A program made the position numbers and the translations under genes. The notes beneath the pieces are model-generated. The model saw nothing but the letters and a program-made list of their open reading frames with translations, had not been told where the DNA came from and did not search any database. Source: Ascoidea asiatica JCM 7603 (Eukaryota; Fungi; Ascomycota). From it: a DNA stretch of 64,000 nt. This document shows, in pieces, positions 36,264-49,072 of the stretch (position 1 is the stretch's first letter; each line of letters begins with the position of its first letter). The stretch covers positions 590,717 through 654,716 of the forward strand of contig BCKQ01000001.1 of NCBI GenBank assembly GCA_001600695.1. Direction: 5' to 3'.

Positions 36264-38642
36264 ATGTCAACACCAGAAAAGAATATTGGTCAAGAAGATA
36301 ATGACACACCTGTAAATTCACTCTCAGAAAATCCATTGGTTATAGAAGATCAGATTTCAAAAAGTGAAGATAATAAATCTGAGATTGATTCAAAAATAAC
36401 AAATGAAGAAGATCAAGATAAAGATGAAATTCTAGATGAAAAGGATGTTAGTATGAACGATGTATCTGAACCAGCAGAAGCAGTGGTTGATAATAATGAA
36501 ATCATAGATTCAAATAATGATAATGCTCAAGATGAAGAACTTGAGAAAATGGATAATGAAGTTGAAGAAAACATAGATGAAAGTCTAGAAGAAAGTGATG
36601 ATGATATGGGTCCTAAATTATTAGAAGTTAGATTATCAAATGAACAACAATTGGCAGAAGAAAGGGCAAAATTATATCTTGCTAAACAAACCTATCCAGT
36701 AATAATTCCATCATTTTCATCATGGTTTAATATGAATGAGATTAACGATATTGAAAAAAAAGCATTACCAGAATTTTTTACAGAAAATTCAAGATTTAAA
36801 AGTCCAAAAGTTTATAAAGATTATAGAGATTTTATGATTAATGTATTTAGAATCAATCCAATTGAATATTTAACATTTACAGCAATTAGAAGAAATTTGG
36901 CAGGTGATGTTGGTTCTCTTTATAGAGTTTATAATTTCTTATCAAAATGGGGTCTTATTAATTATCAAATTGATCCAAGAACAAAACCATTTATTTATAC
37001 TCCTCAATATACTGGACATTTTCAAATTTGTTTGGATACTCCAGAAGGAATTCAACCATATATTCCACAGGATATTAGAAAAAAACTTTCAAAATCTAGA
37101 TTTAAATTAAAATCAAAGTTGAAATCAAAGAGTGCTAATAATTCTAAAATAACGAAAAAATCGCGTTCAATTCGTATTCAAGAAAGTGATAATGAAAATA
37201 ATGAAGATGACGTAGATTTTGATAACGATGATGATAATGAAAGTACATCAAGTTCAATCACTGAAGATTTGGGAATTCCACTAAACTTAGAAATCCGAAG
37301 AAATATTTATGATTCTGTTCAAAATGCAATATTTACAGATGATTCTTCTTTACAGACATCTCATAATACTAATAATAATAATATCAATAATAATAGTCAT
37401 AATAATATTAATAATAAAAAGAAAAATAATGATTTTTTGAAAAAAGCATATATATGTAATATTTGTGGTAATAATTCAACAGAAATTAGATATCATTCAT
37501 TAAAAAATCCATCATCATTATTATTATGTAAATCATGTTTTAAACAAGGATTTTTTCCACAAAATTTCACATCTTCAGATTTTATTGAAATCAGTAATGA
37601 TAATAAAATTGATAATAATAAAAGTGATAAAAATTTTGAATCTTGGAATGAAAATGAAATTTTATTATTATTAGAAGGAATTGAAATTTTTAATGATGAT
37701 TGGAATAAAATTGCAGATCATGTTGGTACAAGAAATAAAGTTCAATGTTTAGAAAAATTTATTAAATTACCAATTGAAGATAGATATCTATATAAAGTTA
37801 TGGATGATAATGATAATGATACTATCATTAGTAATAGTAATATAGGTAAAAATAAAGAAAATAATAATAAAATTGAAAATGAAGAAACTAAAAATAAAAA
37901 ACAAATTGAAAAAAATGAAAATGCAATGATTGATGTTATAAAATTTTTAAGTAAAAATATCAAAAATGAATTACCGAAAAAAATTAATGAAAATAATGAA
38001 AATAATGATATAAGTAAAAAGTTTTCAGATTTATTGAAAATTAATTCCGAAAATGAAAAATTCAAAGAAGATAAAAAATCATTGAATACATTGATTCAAT
38101 TAGTTGAATTATCACTTAAAAAAGTTGAATTGAAATTAAATAATTTAACAAATATTGAAAAAAATTTAATAATTGAAAAAAATTTTATTGAATTAGAGAA
38201 AAAAAAAATATTATTAGATAGAATTGGATTAAGAAAACAAACATTATTAGTTAAAGATAAAATGATAAATGCAACAAAATTAATGTCTATGAATTTAATG
38301 GAAAATAATAATAATCAAGAAAATAATAAAAAAAGTAATAATAATTTCCAAGAAGCTAAAGATATAATGGAAGAAGCAATAAAAGAATCTAAGAAGCCAA
38401 TTAGAGTTTTCATGATTGATAAAAGTAAAAAAAAAAGTAACGAAAATAGTTTAGAAGATGATAAAATAATCATGGATAATAGTGAAATCAATAAAGGAGA
38501 AAATGAAGAAGATTTTATTATGGATGATGGAGATAATGATAGTAATTCAAATACTCCAGAACCAAACTCTAATATTTCTTCAAATGAAATCATGCCATTA
38601 TCTTTAGAAGAAGAAAAAGTATATCAACCTTGGAAAGGTTAA
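36264..38642 (+). CDS. RSC8: RSC complex subunit (SWIRM, ZZ finger, SANT, coiled coil)
   Basis: LAKQTYPVIIPSFSSWF, WGLINYQIDPRTKP, CNICG...CKSCF ZZ finger, SANT WNENEILLLLEGIE, C-terminal YQPW. Confidence 0.93.
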   Translation: MSTPEKNIGQEDNDTPVNSLSENPLVIEDQISKSEDNKSEIDSKITNEEDQDKDEILDEKDVSMNDVSEPAEAVVDNNEIIDSNNDNAQDEELEKMDNEVEENIDESLEESDDDMGPKLLEVRLSNEQQLAEERAKLYLAKQTYPVIIPSFSSWFNMNEINDIEKKALPEFFTENSRFKSPKVYKDYRDFMINVFRINPIEYLTFTAIRRNLAGDVGSLYRVYNFLSKWGLINYQIDPRTKPFIYTPQYTGHFQICLDTPEGIQPYIPQDIRKKLSKSRFKLKSKLKSKSANNSKITKKSRSIRIQESDNENNEDDVDFDNDDDNESTSSSITEDLGIPLNLEIRRNIYDSVQNAIFTDDSSLQTSHNTNNNNINNNSHNNINNKKKNNDFLKKAYICNICGNNSTEIRYHSLKNPSSLLLCKSCFKQGFFPQNFTSSDFIEISNDNKIDNNKSDKNFESWNENEILLLLEGIEIFNDDWNKIADHVGTRNKVQCLEKFIKLPIEDRYLYKVMDDNDNDTIISNSNIGKNKENNNKIENEETKNKKQIEKNENAMIDVIKFLSKNIKNELPKKINENNENNDISKKFSDLLKINSENEKFKEDKKSLNTLIQLVELSLKKVELKLNNLTNIEKNLIIEKNFIELEKKKILLDRIGLRKQTLLVKDKMINATKLMSMNLMENNNNQENNKKSNNNFQEAKDIMEEAIKESKKPIRVFMIDKSKKKSNENSLEDDKIIMDNSEINKGENEEDFIMDDGDNDSNSNTPEPNSNISSNEIMPLSLEEEKVYQPWKG

Positions 38643-40148
38643 TTTCTTTCTCTCAGTTTTTTCTGGTAGATTTTTTCTTTTCTTTCATTGTAATTTTGTA
38701 ATTCTGTAATTTTGTTATTTTGTTATGTTCTTTTTTTCTTATATTTTTTTATAAATTGTGTTCTTACTTTCTTTGAACATCTTAAAAGGTTTCTCAAAGC
38801 TTTTAGTCTCTTTTATTTCCTTTCAACCCTTTCTTTCAAGTTCATGTATAGTGTGTATTAATTTATTATATTACTACTGAATATAATCTTTCAGTTTCAT
38901 ATAAGAAATAAATATAATTTTTTTGTTTAATTCCAACCTTTTTCTTTTTTTTTCACTAAGATTGAGTCAAAACTATTGAGTAGAAAACGAGACCCAAGGT
39001 AATGGCGTGAGCCACATATATGGATTTATGGTGGAGATACGTACCAACAGGCAATTGTAGAAATGATTGAGATAAGATAAGAACCTCTTAAAGTGACTCT
39101 ACGAATATTCTGGTAATAAACAGGTGTGTTGAGTTACATACTGTAGCCTAAAGTCAGAATTTCTAAAATTTATTTTGTCTAAGAACAATTCTGTTTCGAG
39201 AAATTTAGCTTAAAAAGTTTAGATATAAAGGATTTGATAGGTAATATTTAGGAGATAACAAATAAGGTTACATTAGTACTACGGTAGAACTTGTAGTTAA
39301 ACATTGGCGAGATAACAATATTTTGAATATAATAAATGAATTTGATCCCTTAATAGTGAGAAAATAATTGGGTCATTGGAAACTCGAACTAGGTAAAGAA
39401 GATGAGATCTAATCAACGATAAATCAAAAATCAGCAGTGATTTCAGGTTCAAATTGTTTAAATTGGCGAAACTGCACTTTTTGGAGCTGAGAATATTTGG
39501 TAAGCAAACAGAGCGAGTGCAGTAGCGTTTGCAGCGTTAATAAACCACTCTCGCTTCAAATCTCAAATCTTTTCAAATCTTTGTCCTTTGTTTGACAGGC
39601 AATTTTGAATGGGCTTCAAATTATCGACGAACGCATAATCCACTTCCAATCCACTTCCAATTCACTTCTCAGTTACTATGGAATTGTATGGATTCTGATC
39701 TGCTGGGTATTTCACTCAATTTCAGCTTCGTCTGGTTATAACAATATCATTATATATCAATAACTTGATATATATTAATATATTAATCAGTTTGTTTATT
39801 TGTTTGTTTGTTTGTTTGAATCTTGTTTTGCTGTTGATTATTTCCCTAGAAAAGAAGTAAATAATCTGCCTTTAATTCATCAATAATTATAACAGTTATT
39901 TTAATTATTTCGATTAATTCTTGTTTCTGACTGAAATATGCTCAGTTTTTGGTTATATTAACAGTTACAATCATTAAATTAAACTATAGCTTATATTACA
40001 TTCCACAAAACTTTCAGGAATTATTCTTTTATCCTTGAATTTTAATATATATAAAAATATATAATTCAAAGTCAAATTATAGATAATAAATTGTAAATAC
40101 AATAATCAAGAAATAATTATATAATAAAAATAAAATTAAGAAATAAAA

Positions 40149-41800
40149 ATGACTTCTGCAGAAACAACTTCTTTTTTATTTGAATGGTATGTCATGTTTT
40201 TAATTCATTTTAATTTAATCAATAATATACCTTTTGAGTTATTTATTATATATATATTTTTTATATTATTAACCGCCGATACATTTTTACTAACATTAAA
40301 TATAATTTTTTTTTTTAAAAATAAATCAGGCCTGATTTAAATTCAGATTCTGTTATAGTTACTGGAACTTTTGATAATTGGTCAAAATCTATTTTTTTAG
40401 AAAAAGATTTAATTTCAAATTCTTTTAAAATCAAAATTGATAATTTAAATTTAAATGAAAAAATTTTATTCAAATTTATTATAATTCAAAATAATAATGA
40501 AATTTGGTTAGTTAATTCTTCTTTTAAAATTGAAAGGGATGAATATGGTAATGAAAATAATGTTTTATATCCATCTGATTTATTATCTTATAAAGAAAAA
40601 CATCAACCAAATAATATTAATAATACAAATCTGAATTCAAGTGTTAATTTATTTGAAGAAGATTGTACTAATTCTTCTGCAACTTCAACTAATAATGAAA
40701 CTATTAATGAACTTTCAATTCATGATTTAAAAGATATAATTAAAACTGATGATTCTAATCAATTAAATTCTCCAGAAGATTCAACTCAAATTTCTGTTGA
40801 AACAATTAAAAAAGATACAACCATTGAAAATAATGATAAAATTACTGAAAAAGATATTAATGAATCAAATCAAACTAAAGATTTAAAAATTAATCCTTCA
40901 ATTCCATCTCAACCTCAATCTCCATCTCACCCACAATCTCAATCTAATGTTACGGATTCTGTTTTAATTGATTATATTAATGAAAAAATTGATAATTTAG
41001 ATAATAGTAATTCGAATTTATCAAAAATTCCAACCACTACAACTACAACTATTACTACAAATAGAAATGAAAAATCAACTTTAAATTCAATTGATTTAAA
41101 TCATTCAACTTCAATTAATTTAAATCAAAATGATGATAAAACTTTTGATTCAGAGTCTGAAATTGATAATGATAATGATAATGAAAATGATGATAAAATC
41201 AATAGCATTAATAATAAATCTAATTCTTCTCAATATCCTGAATCTCAAAATCAATTAAAAAAAATTTATTCTCCTGCTAAATCTCAATCACTGACTACAT
41301 CTAACTCCAAATCTAACTCGAACTCTAAAGCTCAGTCAAAACTTAATTTTAAACCTAAACCTAAAATTGAATCTGAAAATGATCAACAATCTTCTCCTTC
41401 TCCTAAAAATCTTTCACCACCAATTCAAAGTCCAAAATCTGATACTGAAAGTAGTGCTTTTACAAATATATCTTTACCTGATAATGAAGGTGATATTAAA
41501 GAAAGTGATAATGGTTTAAATCATATTGCAGGTAATTTAAATAATAATGAAATTGGTATGAAAAGCTTACATTTAGATGATTTAGAATCAAATGCAAGTT
41601 TTAAAAGTATTAGTGATGATGATTCTGATTTATTTCAAAGTACTCATGATACTTTAACAATTAATGATCCTTCAACTCCAACAATAAGACCAACAACTAA
41701 TACAACTTTAAATCATACTCCAAATTTAGATTGTGTTACTTCTTTTAATCATCATCATAATTCTTCTATTTTTTCAAAATTTAGAAAATTTTTTAGATAA
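40149..41800 (+). CDS. Crp1/Mdg1-family protein with N-terminal CBM48 (AMPK glycogen-binding-like) domain; join(40149..40186,40330..41800)
   Basis: Intron 40187-40329 GTATGT...TACTAAC...CAG; spliced FLFEWPDLNSDSVIVTGTFDNWSKS...FKFII...W...DEYGNENN; amphipathic C-terminus IFSKFRKFFR. Confidence 0.87.
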
Positions 41801-42467
41801 TTTATAAAATTCTTTAGATTTTTAATATAATCTTTAGTTAATTTCTAAACTTTCTTTCTACCTTTTTTGTTTTTGAATCATTCTTTTCTCTCTTTGATTA
41901 TTTATTGTATTTTCTTTTCCATTTTTTAAATAATTTTATATGGATTTGGGTTTTAGGTAACCTTCATAATTTTCCTATTTTAAATTAAATTTTAAACTAA
42001 GTTGTAATCGATTTTATTTCGTGTTCTACTATTTAACAAAAATAATGTGATTGCTAGGAATGGTGGGCGGTGGTAATTTTTTTTTTTTTGGCTTAATTTA
42101 CATATATACACACATATATATTACTTTTTTTTTTTCAACTAAATCTCATGGAAAACATCTTCATTCTTGATTTTTTTTTCATCTATTTTTCTCAAATCTC
42201 TCATTTTGATGAATTTAGGTCATGTTTCTAAGGTTATTTCTATTTCTTTTATTTCAATCAATCAAAGATCTCTGTTTTTTCAAGCCTTGAAGCTCTCCTT
42301 TATTTGAATAAAAGCTTGTTTTTTTTTGTTTTCTATGTTTTTCTTATAATGGTTGATCTATTACTACATTTTACTTATTAATAATATATAATAATTTTTT
42401 AAATATAATTGATTAATTGATATATTTTGCCTAAAGATTGTAAGAATAATATATTATTAATATATAC

Positions 42468-42986
42468 TTAGTTTTTTTCTTTATTTGATTCTTCTATAAC
42501 CCAATCATTATATTCTTTTCTTCTTGCTAATATATCTATAAAAGCAGGTCTTGCTTCAAGTTCTTCAAATGGACATATACCAATTAATTCATCTTCAATA
42601 CAAGCTTTTCTCATTTTAATTGGTTTAAAAAATTCGGAATTTTCTTGACTATTAATTAATTTAAATTCATCATCATCTAATAAAGATAATTTAGGTTCCA
42701 CTAAACTTGAACAAAAAGCACCAATTGTAAAAAAAACTAATCCAACTATTGCTTCAATTTTAATCTTTTAAAAAAATAAATAAAAATAAAAACTTTGTTA
42801 ATTCTAATTTCTTCTTATTAATATTTCTTATTGTTGTTCTTATTTCATACTTACATCTAGTGGTAAATCTATATTTGAATTTGAATGTATTTGTTTAAAA
42901 TATTGAGTAAATTCATAAGATGAAAATCCTGAATGTATTAGACAAAAAGTACCTAAAGTATAACATATTATTGAAGCAAATCCCAT
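42468..42986 (-). CDS. EMC5: ER membrane protein complex subunit 5; exons 42855..42986 and 42468..42764
   Basis: Spliced MGFASIICYTLGTFCLIHSGFSSYEF...LPLD|IKIEAIVGL...RPAFIDILARRKEY; intron 42765-42854 GTAAGT...AAG. Confidence 0.92.
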
Positions 42987-43627
42987 CTTTATTCTTTATT
43001 TCTTTAAATTGTTATCCTAAATATTTTTTGAAATACATAACTTATAAGTTGTTTATTACTTTGCTTAATTTGATTACATTTTCAATATTAATTCAAGAAA
43101 TAAATTCAAGTTTTCTGATAAAAAGAACTTAACTATCAAAAACGGTAAAATAAACCTTTTAAAACTAGGATATTTTATGGTATATATTAAAATATAATAA
43201 AATTAACCATGTGTATTATTATATAAGCCCCCTGTTTCAATAGGAATATAAATAATATTTGAATAAATATTAACAAAGCTCCAACTGAGGTTAAATATGG
43301 TTTAAATGTGAAGTATGTCAAAGATTAATAATATTAACTGTAATGATAATAATTATTAGTTATTTACAACTTATTTAATATTTTAAAATTTTTTTATTTT
43401 CTATAATTATATACGTTTATCTATAAAGTTTTGATTTTTTAAATTTATATAAGTGATTATTTTGTGATTATTTTGTTGTTATAAGAATTAGCAAATAAGT
43501 AAGTAAGTAAATAAATAAATAATATAATTAGCAAATTAAATATTAGTCAATAAATACATTAAACAAAATAGAAATGAAAATTTTCAAATTTTTTAATTTA
43601 TTTATAAATTTTTTGCTTTTTTTAAAA

Positions 43628-45193
43628 TTAATCCCAAGAAGATAATTTCATTGTACCATTTTTTTCAAAATTAGTATGCATTTTAAATACATCAGATAAA
43701 ATTTGTGGTTCATGAAGACATTTCTTTTTAGCAGCATAAAATTCAGCTCTTTTTAAATATTCTAATAATTGATCTTTATAATCAGGATGAGAACATTTAT
43801 TTATAATTACTCTTGCTCTTTCTTTTGGAGATAAACCTCTTAAATCAGCTAAACCTTGTTCAGTTACAATAATATCTAAATCATGTTCAGTTTGATCAAC
43901 ATGAGTTGCCATTGGTACAATACAAGATATACCAGTTTTATCAATTTTAGATTTTCTTGCAGAAGGAGTATGCATTATTGATAATTTTGCATTTCTTAAG
44001 AAATCTGCAGAACCACCAATACCATGTAACATTTTTGAACCTGAGACATTAGTTGAATTTGCATGAGCATACATATCAACTTCAACAGGAGTATTCATAG
44101 CTATAACACCTAATCTTCTAATAATTTCTGGAGAATTTGAAACAACTTGAGATCTTAAACATAATTTTTTTGAAAATAAATCCCAATTATTAAAAAATCT
44201 TTCAAAACCTTTTTCAGTTAATCTTATAGAAGTTGAAGTTGCATAATCTAAAGCACCATTTTCGAAAAAATCTAAAAATGAATCTTGTAAAACTTCAGTC
44301 CAAACATTTAAATTTTTAAAAGAAGCAGTTGCTAAACCTTCAATGACAGCATTTGCAATATTACCAATACCAGATTGTAAAGGATGTAAATTTGGAGGTA
44401 ATCTACCTAATTTAACTTCATCTTCAAAAAAATTAATTAAATGAGAAGCAATAGCTCTTGACATTTCATCAGAAGGAGTATTTGGTGGAACTTTATCAGC
44501 TTCAGTTGATTCAACAATAGCTACAACTTTATTTGGATCAATTGGAATTGCAGTTAAACCAGATTTATCATCAACTCTTTTATAAGGATATGGAGGTCTA
44601 AAAGGAGGATTTATTGGCATATCAATATCATGTAAACCTTCAAAAGAAGGAGTTTTTGTATTTAATTCAATTATAACTTTATCAGAAACAGAAATCATTT
44701 CTGGAGAACCACCAACAGCAGGACCAGGAACTATAGCACCAGATTCAGTTATTGCAGTTGCTTCAATAATAGTAAAATCTAATAAATCATTATCTTTTTT
44801 AAATCTTGTATAATAACCATAAGTTAAATCTTGTGGAAACATTGAAAGATGTTTATCAAAGAATTGAGTTCTACCATCATTTATAGCATTTGCAATTGGT
44901 TTACCAACTTGATGAGGAGCTCTTCTTAATAACATATTATTATCAGCCCATCTTGATTCTTCAGGACCTGCAGAAGCTCCAACAAATAAATTAAAAGCTA
45001 ATTTACCTTGTAAATTATTTTTTTCAACATGATTTGCTAAAGCAGTTGGTATAACTTTTGGAGCACCAACACCAGTAAAACCAGACCAACCTAAATATTG
45101 ACCATGTTTAAATAGAGGTATACATTCTTCAGCAGTTCTTAATTTTGAAAGATATGGAGCATATCTTACTCTTTGTTTTAAAATTGCAGACAT
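43628..45193 (-). CDS. ACH1: Acetyl-CoA hydrolase / succinyl-CoA:acetate CoA-transferase
   Basis: [58 protein letters not shown]. Confidence 0.98.
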   Translation of the reverse strand: MSAILKQRVRYAPYLSKLRTAEECIPLFKHGQYLGWSGFTGVGAPKVIPTALANHVEKNNLQGKLAFNLFVGASAGPEESRWADNNMLLRRAPHQVGKPIANAINDGRTQFFDKHLSMFPQDLTYGYYTRFKKDNDLLDFTIIEATAITESGAIVPGPAVGGSPEMISVSDKVIIELNTKTPSFEGLHDIDMPINPPFRPPYPYKRVDDKSGLTAIPIDPNKVVAIVESTEADKVPPNTPSDEMSRAIASHLINFFEDEVKLGRLPPNLHPLQSGIGNIANAVIEGLATASFKNLNVWTEVLQDSFLDFFENGALDYATSTSIRLTEKGFERFFNNWDLFSKKLCLRSQVVSNSPEIIRRLGVIAMNTPVEVDMYAHANSTNVSGSKMLHGIGGSADFLRNAKLSIMHTPSARKSKIDKTGISCIVPMATHVDQTEHDLDIIVTEQGLADLRGLSPKERARVIINKCSHPDYKDQLLEYLKRAEFYAAKKKCLHEPQILSDVFKMHTNFEKNGTMKLSSWD

Positions 45194-45424
45194 ATTAAAG
45201 TATTAATTATTATTGAGGTTTAAATAGTAATAAGATGTATGAAAAAAATGAAAGTTCCTTTGATCCAGGGGGTAATGAAAATTGAGTAAATGAATTGACA
45301 CTAAAACCGAGATAAAAAAAGGGTTAAATATTAACAATCAAAATTATTATTATTTAGTTGATGAATAAATGATTATCAATTGATGAACAATAATTGAAAA
45401 ATATATGGAATAAAGGATATGTAT

Positions 45425-45488
45425 TTATATTATATTATATTATATTATATTGAATTGAATTGAATTGAATTGAATTGAATTGAATTGA
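45425..45488. repeat. Compound pentanucleotide microsatellite (TTATA)n(TTGAA)n in the ACH1 leader
   Basis: Directly visible. Confidence 0.85.
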
Positions 45489-47876
45489 TATAAATACAAA
45501 TGGAATTGACTTTGATTGAAATGTATTTTTATTACTATCTTTTTGATATGATAATATAATGTAATATTAGATACCTAATTGATAAGATATTAATAATAAA
45601 AAGCAATAATTTGTTGGCTATAATGATTATAATGAATAAAATTACAAATCTAAGATGTTTCTAATCTATCGGCTATAAAAAAATCCAAAGTTTTTTAATA
45701 GAAACAATGTAAGTAATATTTTTGATTAAGATTTGATACTCTATTTTTTTTTTTATTTTTTTTGACGTTTGAGATTCAAAAAATGTTGGTAATTTGATGG
45801 TAATTGTTGACAAATTGTTGATTTTTGATTGTTTGTTGTTGTTGTTGATGATGGAGGAGAGTGGATAAAGCAGTGGAATATGCAATAAGAACTGGAACTG
45901 GAACTAGAACCTGAGGTAGAACAGAGGTAGAAATGACAGCAGAAGAAGCAGATAAAAATAAAAATAGTTAAATTCTCAATGAGGGCTCAGAGTGAGTGAG
46001 GGAAGAGAAGCAAAACAATAGCCGCAGTGAGTAGTAGCAGTAGTAGTATTATTATTATTATTATTATTACTATTAATCAGTAGTACAATTACAGTAAATA
46101 CAGTAAATACAGTTAATACAGTAAAGACAATAATAGAAAACAAAGAAAAGAAGGGGAGGGAAAAGAAGCAAAGTGAGGGGAGTCTGAAGCTTTATATAGC
46201 TAGTAGTTGATAGTTGATAGTTGATAGATTGTATTGGTCTTGGTATTGTTTAATATACTTTTACAGGTACTTTTACAGGACTTTTGGATAATCTGATAAT
46301 GTTTAAACTGGAGAAGTGCCGATGGCCATTGGTTATCATTGGGACTGGGAAGTTTTCAAATTGGTTCTGGTTCTGGTTGATCATTTATTCATTCATCTGG
46401 GTCTGGGTCTGGGTCACACACAGCTTCACAGCTTCACAGCTTCAAAGCTTCATAGGATAAAGTCAGTAAAGCAAGTTGTGCTGCGTGCCATTCACCTCTA
46501 AGATCCAAGATAATCCAAATTAACTCAAAAAACTATGGTTGATAATCAGTGCTTCAGTGCTTAAGTGCTTTAAAGACTACAAAGTTACCAGATCTCAAGG
46601 ACTCGCTGTTTTCTAATTTTTGGCGGCTGCGAGCCCGGTTCAACCACCAGCCAAAACAGCGGGGAAAAGGAACCGCCTGTTTTTTGGCGTCGTTTTTGGA
46701 GAAGACTCTGTTTACTTTTCCTTTCACCAATTTTTTCATATCAATTTAACTTAAGTCACGTTTAAGACTTGTAAAAATGAGATATTTGGTTTGTTTATTT
46801 CTGCAACAATCGGATCATGGTTTTACTTGAAAGTAACTCAAAACTCGAATGAAATTTCCCGATATTAAATAGAATTAGAAAATTGAGGTACCCCTTAAAT
46901 TCCTCTTTTGGAACCCATGAATCACGGGTCACTTATCTGCATGTAAATTTATATTGAAAATATCACTTTTGATCTTGAATTGAATTTTTCAAATTTATCT
47001 TTCTATAAAAACTGGTTGGGGTTAATATAAAATACAATTTTATTTTATTCATTAAATACATCAAGAGATGGCTTCGTATTTTACTATTCATTTTTCAATC
47101 ACCTTTTTTTATGAATTGAAATACAATACCAGTTCTTTAAAGAATCCTAACCTCATAAATTTTTTTAAAGGATTAAACATACTCCTCTTTTAAAATTTAT
47201 ATGGTTATATTCCCTTAGATATTAACTTTAACCCTAATTATTACATTATTTATCACATTTTTTGATTCATTTATTTTTATTATAATTTTTCCGTAAATGT
47301 ATTAATTTTGTGGATTATTATAAGTTAATCTATGATGAATAAAAACTGAAACCATAAGAGTAATCGAAAATAATTGAAAAAAGTATGTGAAATATTCAAT
47401 ATTAAATTATCAATAGATAAGTGATAAATGGTATGGCTAAAATTCCCATTAATTTCTAAAAAGTTTCCCAATTTCAAAATTATAATTCCCAATATATTCA
47501 TTTCAAGTTACCCGATGTTCCCGATGTTCCTGATATTTTTAATTTTTTAAATTTTTCTTTTAATTAAATCACTCAATTTTGAAAAATTTCACTGTCTTTT
47601 TTGAAATTTTTCAAAGAAATTAAAAACATAGAAATGAATATAATTTTATAATCTAATAATTGTAATCATTTCAAAAACCTGGGGAAATTTATTTATTTTT
47701 TAAAAGTTCAAATTATTTTGTTCAATTTTCATTTTTTAAAGCCAAAAATCGTATATTTTCACCTTTTATCCGAATGTTTTTAACAATATTGCAATCCACC
47801 CATTCAGTTGGTTTTAATTTTCCAGTTTTAGATATTCCAGTATATCCGAGGGTATTATCACATGGTCAAAGTATTT

Positions 47877-48136
47877 GTCACGTTTTTTTTAATTTCCTTA
47901 CTACAGATAGAAGTTTCTAAGTGCACCTAAATACTGTGCACTGCATCTAAGACCTAAACCAGTTTAGTGGAACCGTTACTCAAAGCCGACTTGCCGAGCA
48001 TCTTTTTTTGTTTACGGTTCTAAACGGTAACCTCGTAATAGCAACCAAGTCACGTTACAGCCTAGTTATTGTGGTGGTCTACTTGTAAACGCCAGACCTC
48101 AAAATTGCACGTATTGTTAAACGGTGTCGTCACGTT
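47877..48136. promoter_or_regulatory. GC-richer regulatory block with three GTCACGTT sites upstream of Lon-N protein 1
   Basis: GTCACGTT at 47877, 48049 and 48129 (a fourth at 46755); Reb1-type TTACCCG at 47508. Confidence 0.45.
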
Positions 48137-49072
48137 TGACTCGTCTGTTTTCTCAATCTCAACAATCAAAACTGAATTTGAATCAGAATAGTCTTTTCCG
48201 GCTCTATTAATTATCCTATTTAGTAAAGAGACAAACAAACAAACGAATAACTAAATAAATAAAGCATTAAATATACAGTATAATTAATAAATATATCAAT
48301 AGTCTCAATAAATTCAATAAATTCAATAAATTCAATTGATTAATTGACTTCAATTGATTTATCTTCAATTCAATTAATCATTGCGTATCAAACAGTGACA
48401 ATCTTTTAAAGACAATGACAAAAATAAGTATTATATTATTATCATTACCACATCTTTTATACTTAATAATATTTATCAACTTTTTATTTTTTTCTTTAAC
48501 CGAGTAAATGTCTTGATATTATTAATAATTTCTTATATTCACATATTTTTTAAAAAATAAACATTTAAATTATGAAATTTATTTACTCGAGCCTAATTCA
48601 ATACATTACAATACAATAAATTATTATGTATTAACATATTAACATATTTCAATATTCTAATATTTTAATCTTTTAATGTTTACTCAAATCATTAACATAT
48701 TATATTCTACACATAATTCAGTAATATAATAGAATTAATAAAATTATGAATATTTACTTAATTTTTGGAATTTGAAATTTATATTTCTATATTTTTTTTC
48801 AATTTATTCAATTTACTCTCGATTAAGATTATTAATATAATTAAATAAATCTCATTTGAATAATACTTCTTATTCTCTTTTATTTCAATCTTTCTAATAA
48901 AAAAAAAAGAGTCTATTTTATCTTATCTACAACTTTTTCATACAATCAATTCCAATAATCTAATATAATATATTAATACATTCCCTATTATATAATTAAC
49001 AAATAATTCAATCAATAAATCAAACTTATAATATAACAATTGATTAATTATTGAAAATATATATAATTAAAA

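Noticed and set aside
39637-39668. 11-bp triple repeat AATCCACTTCC
   Set aside because: Short local slippage repeat without further support
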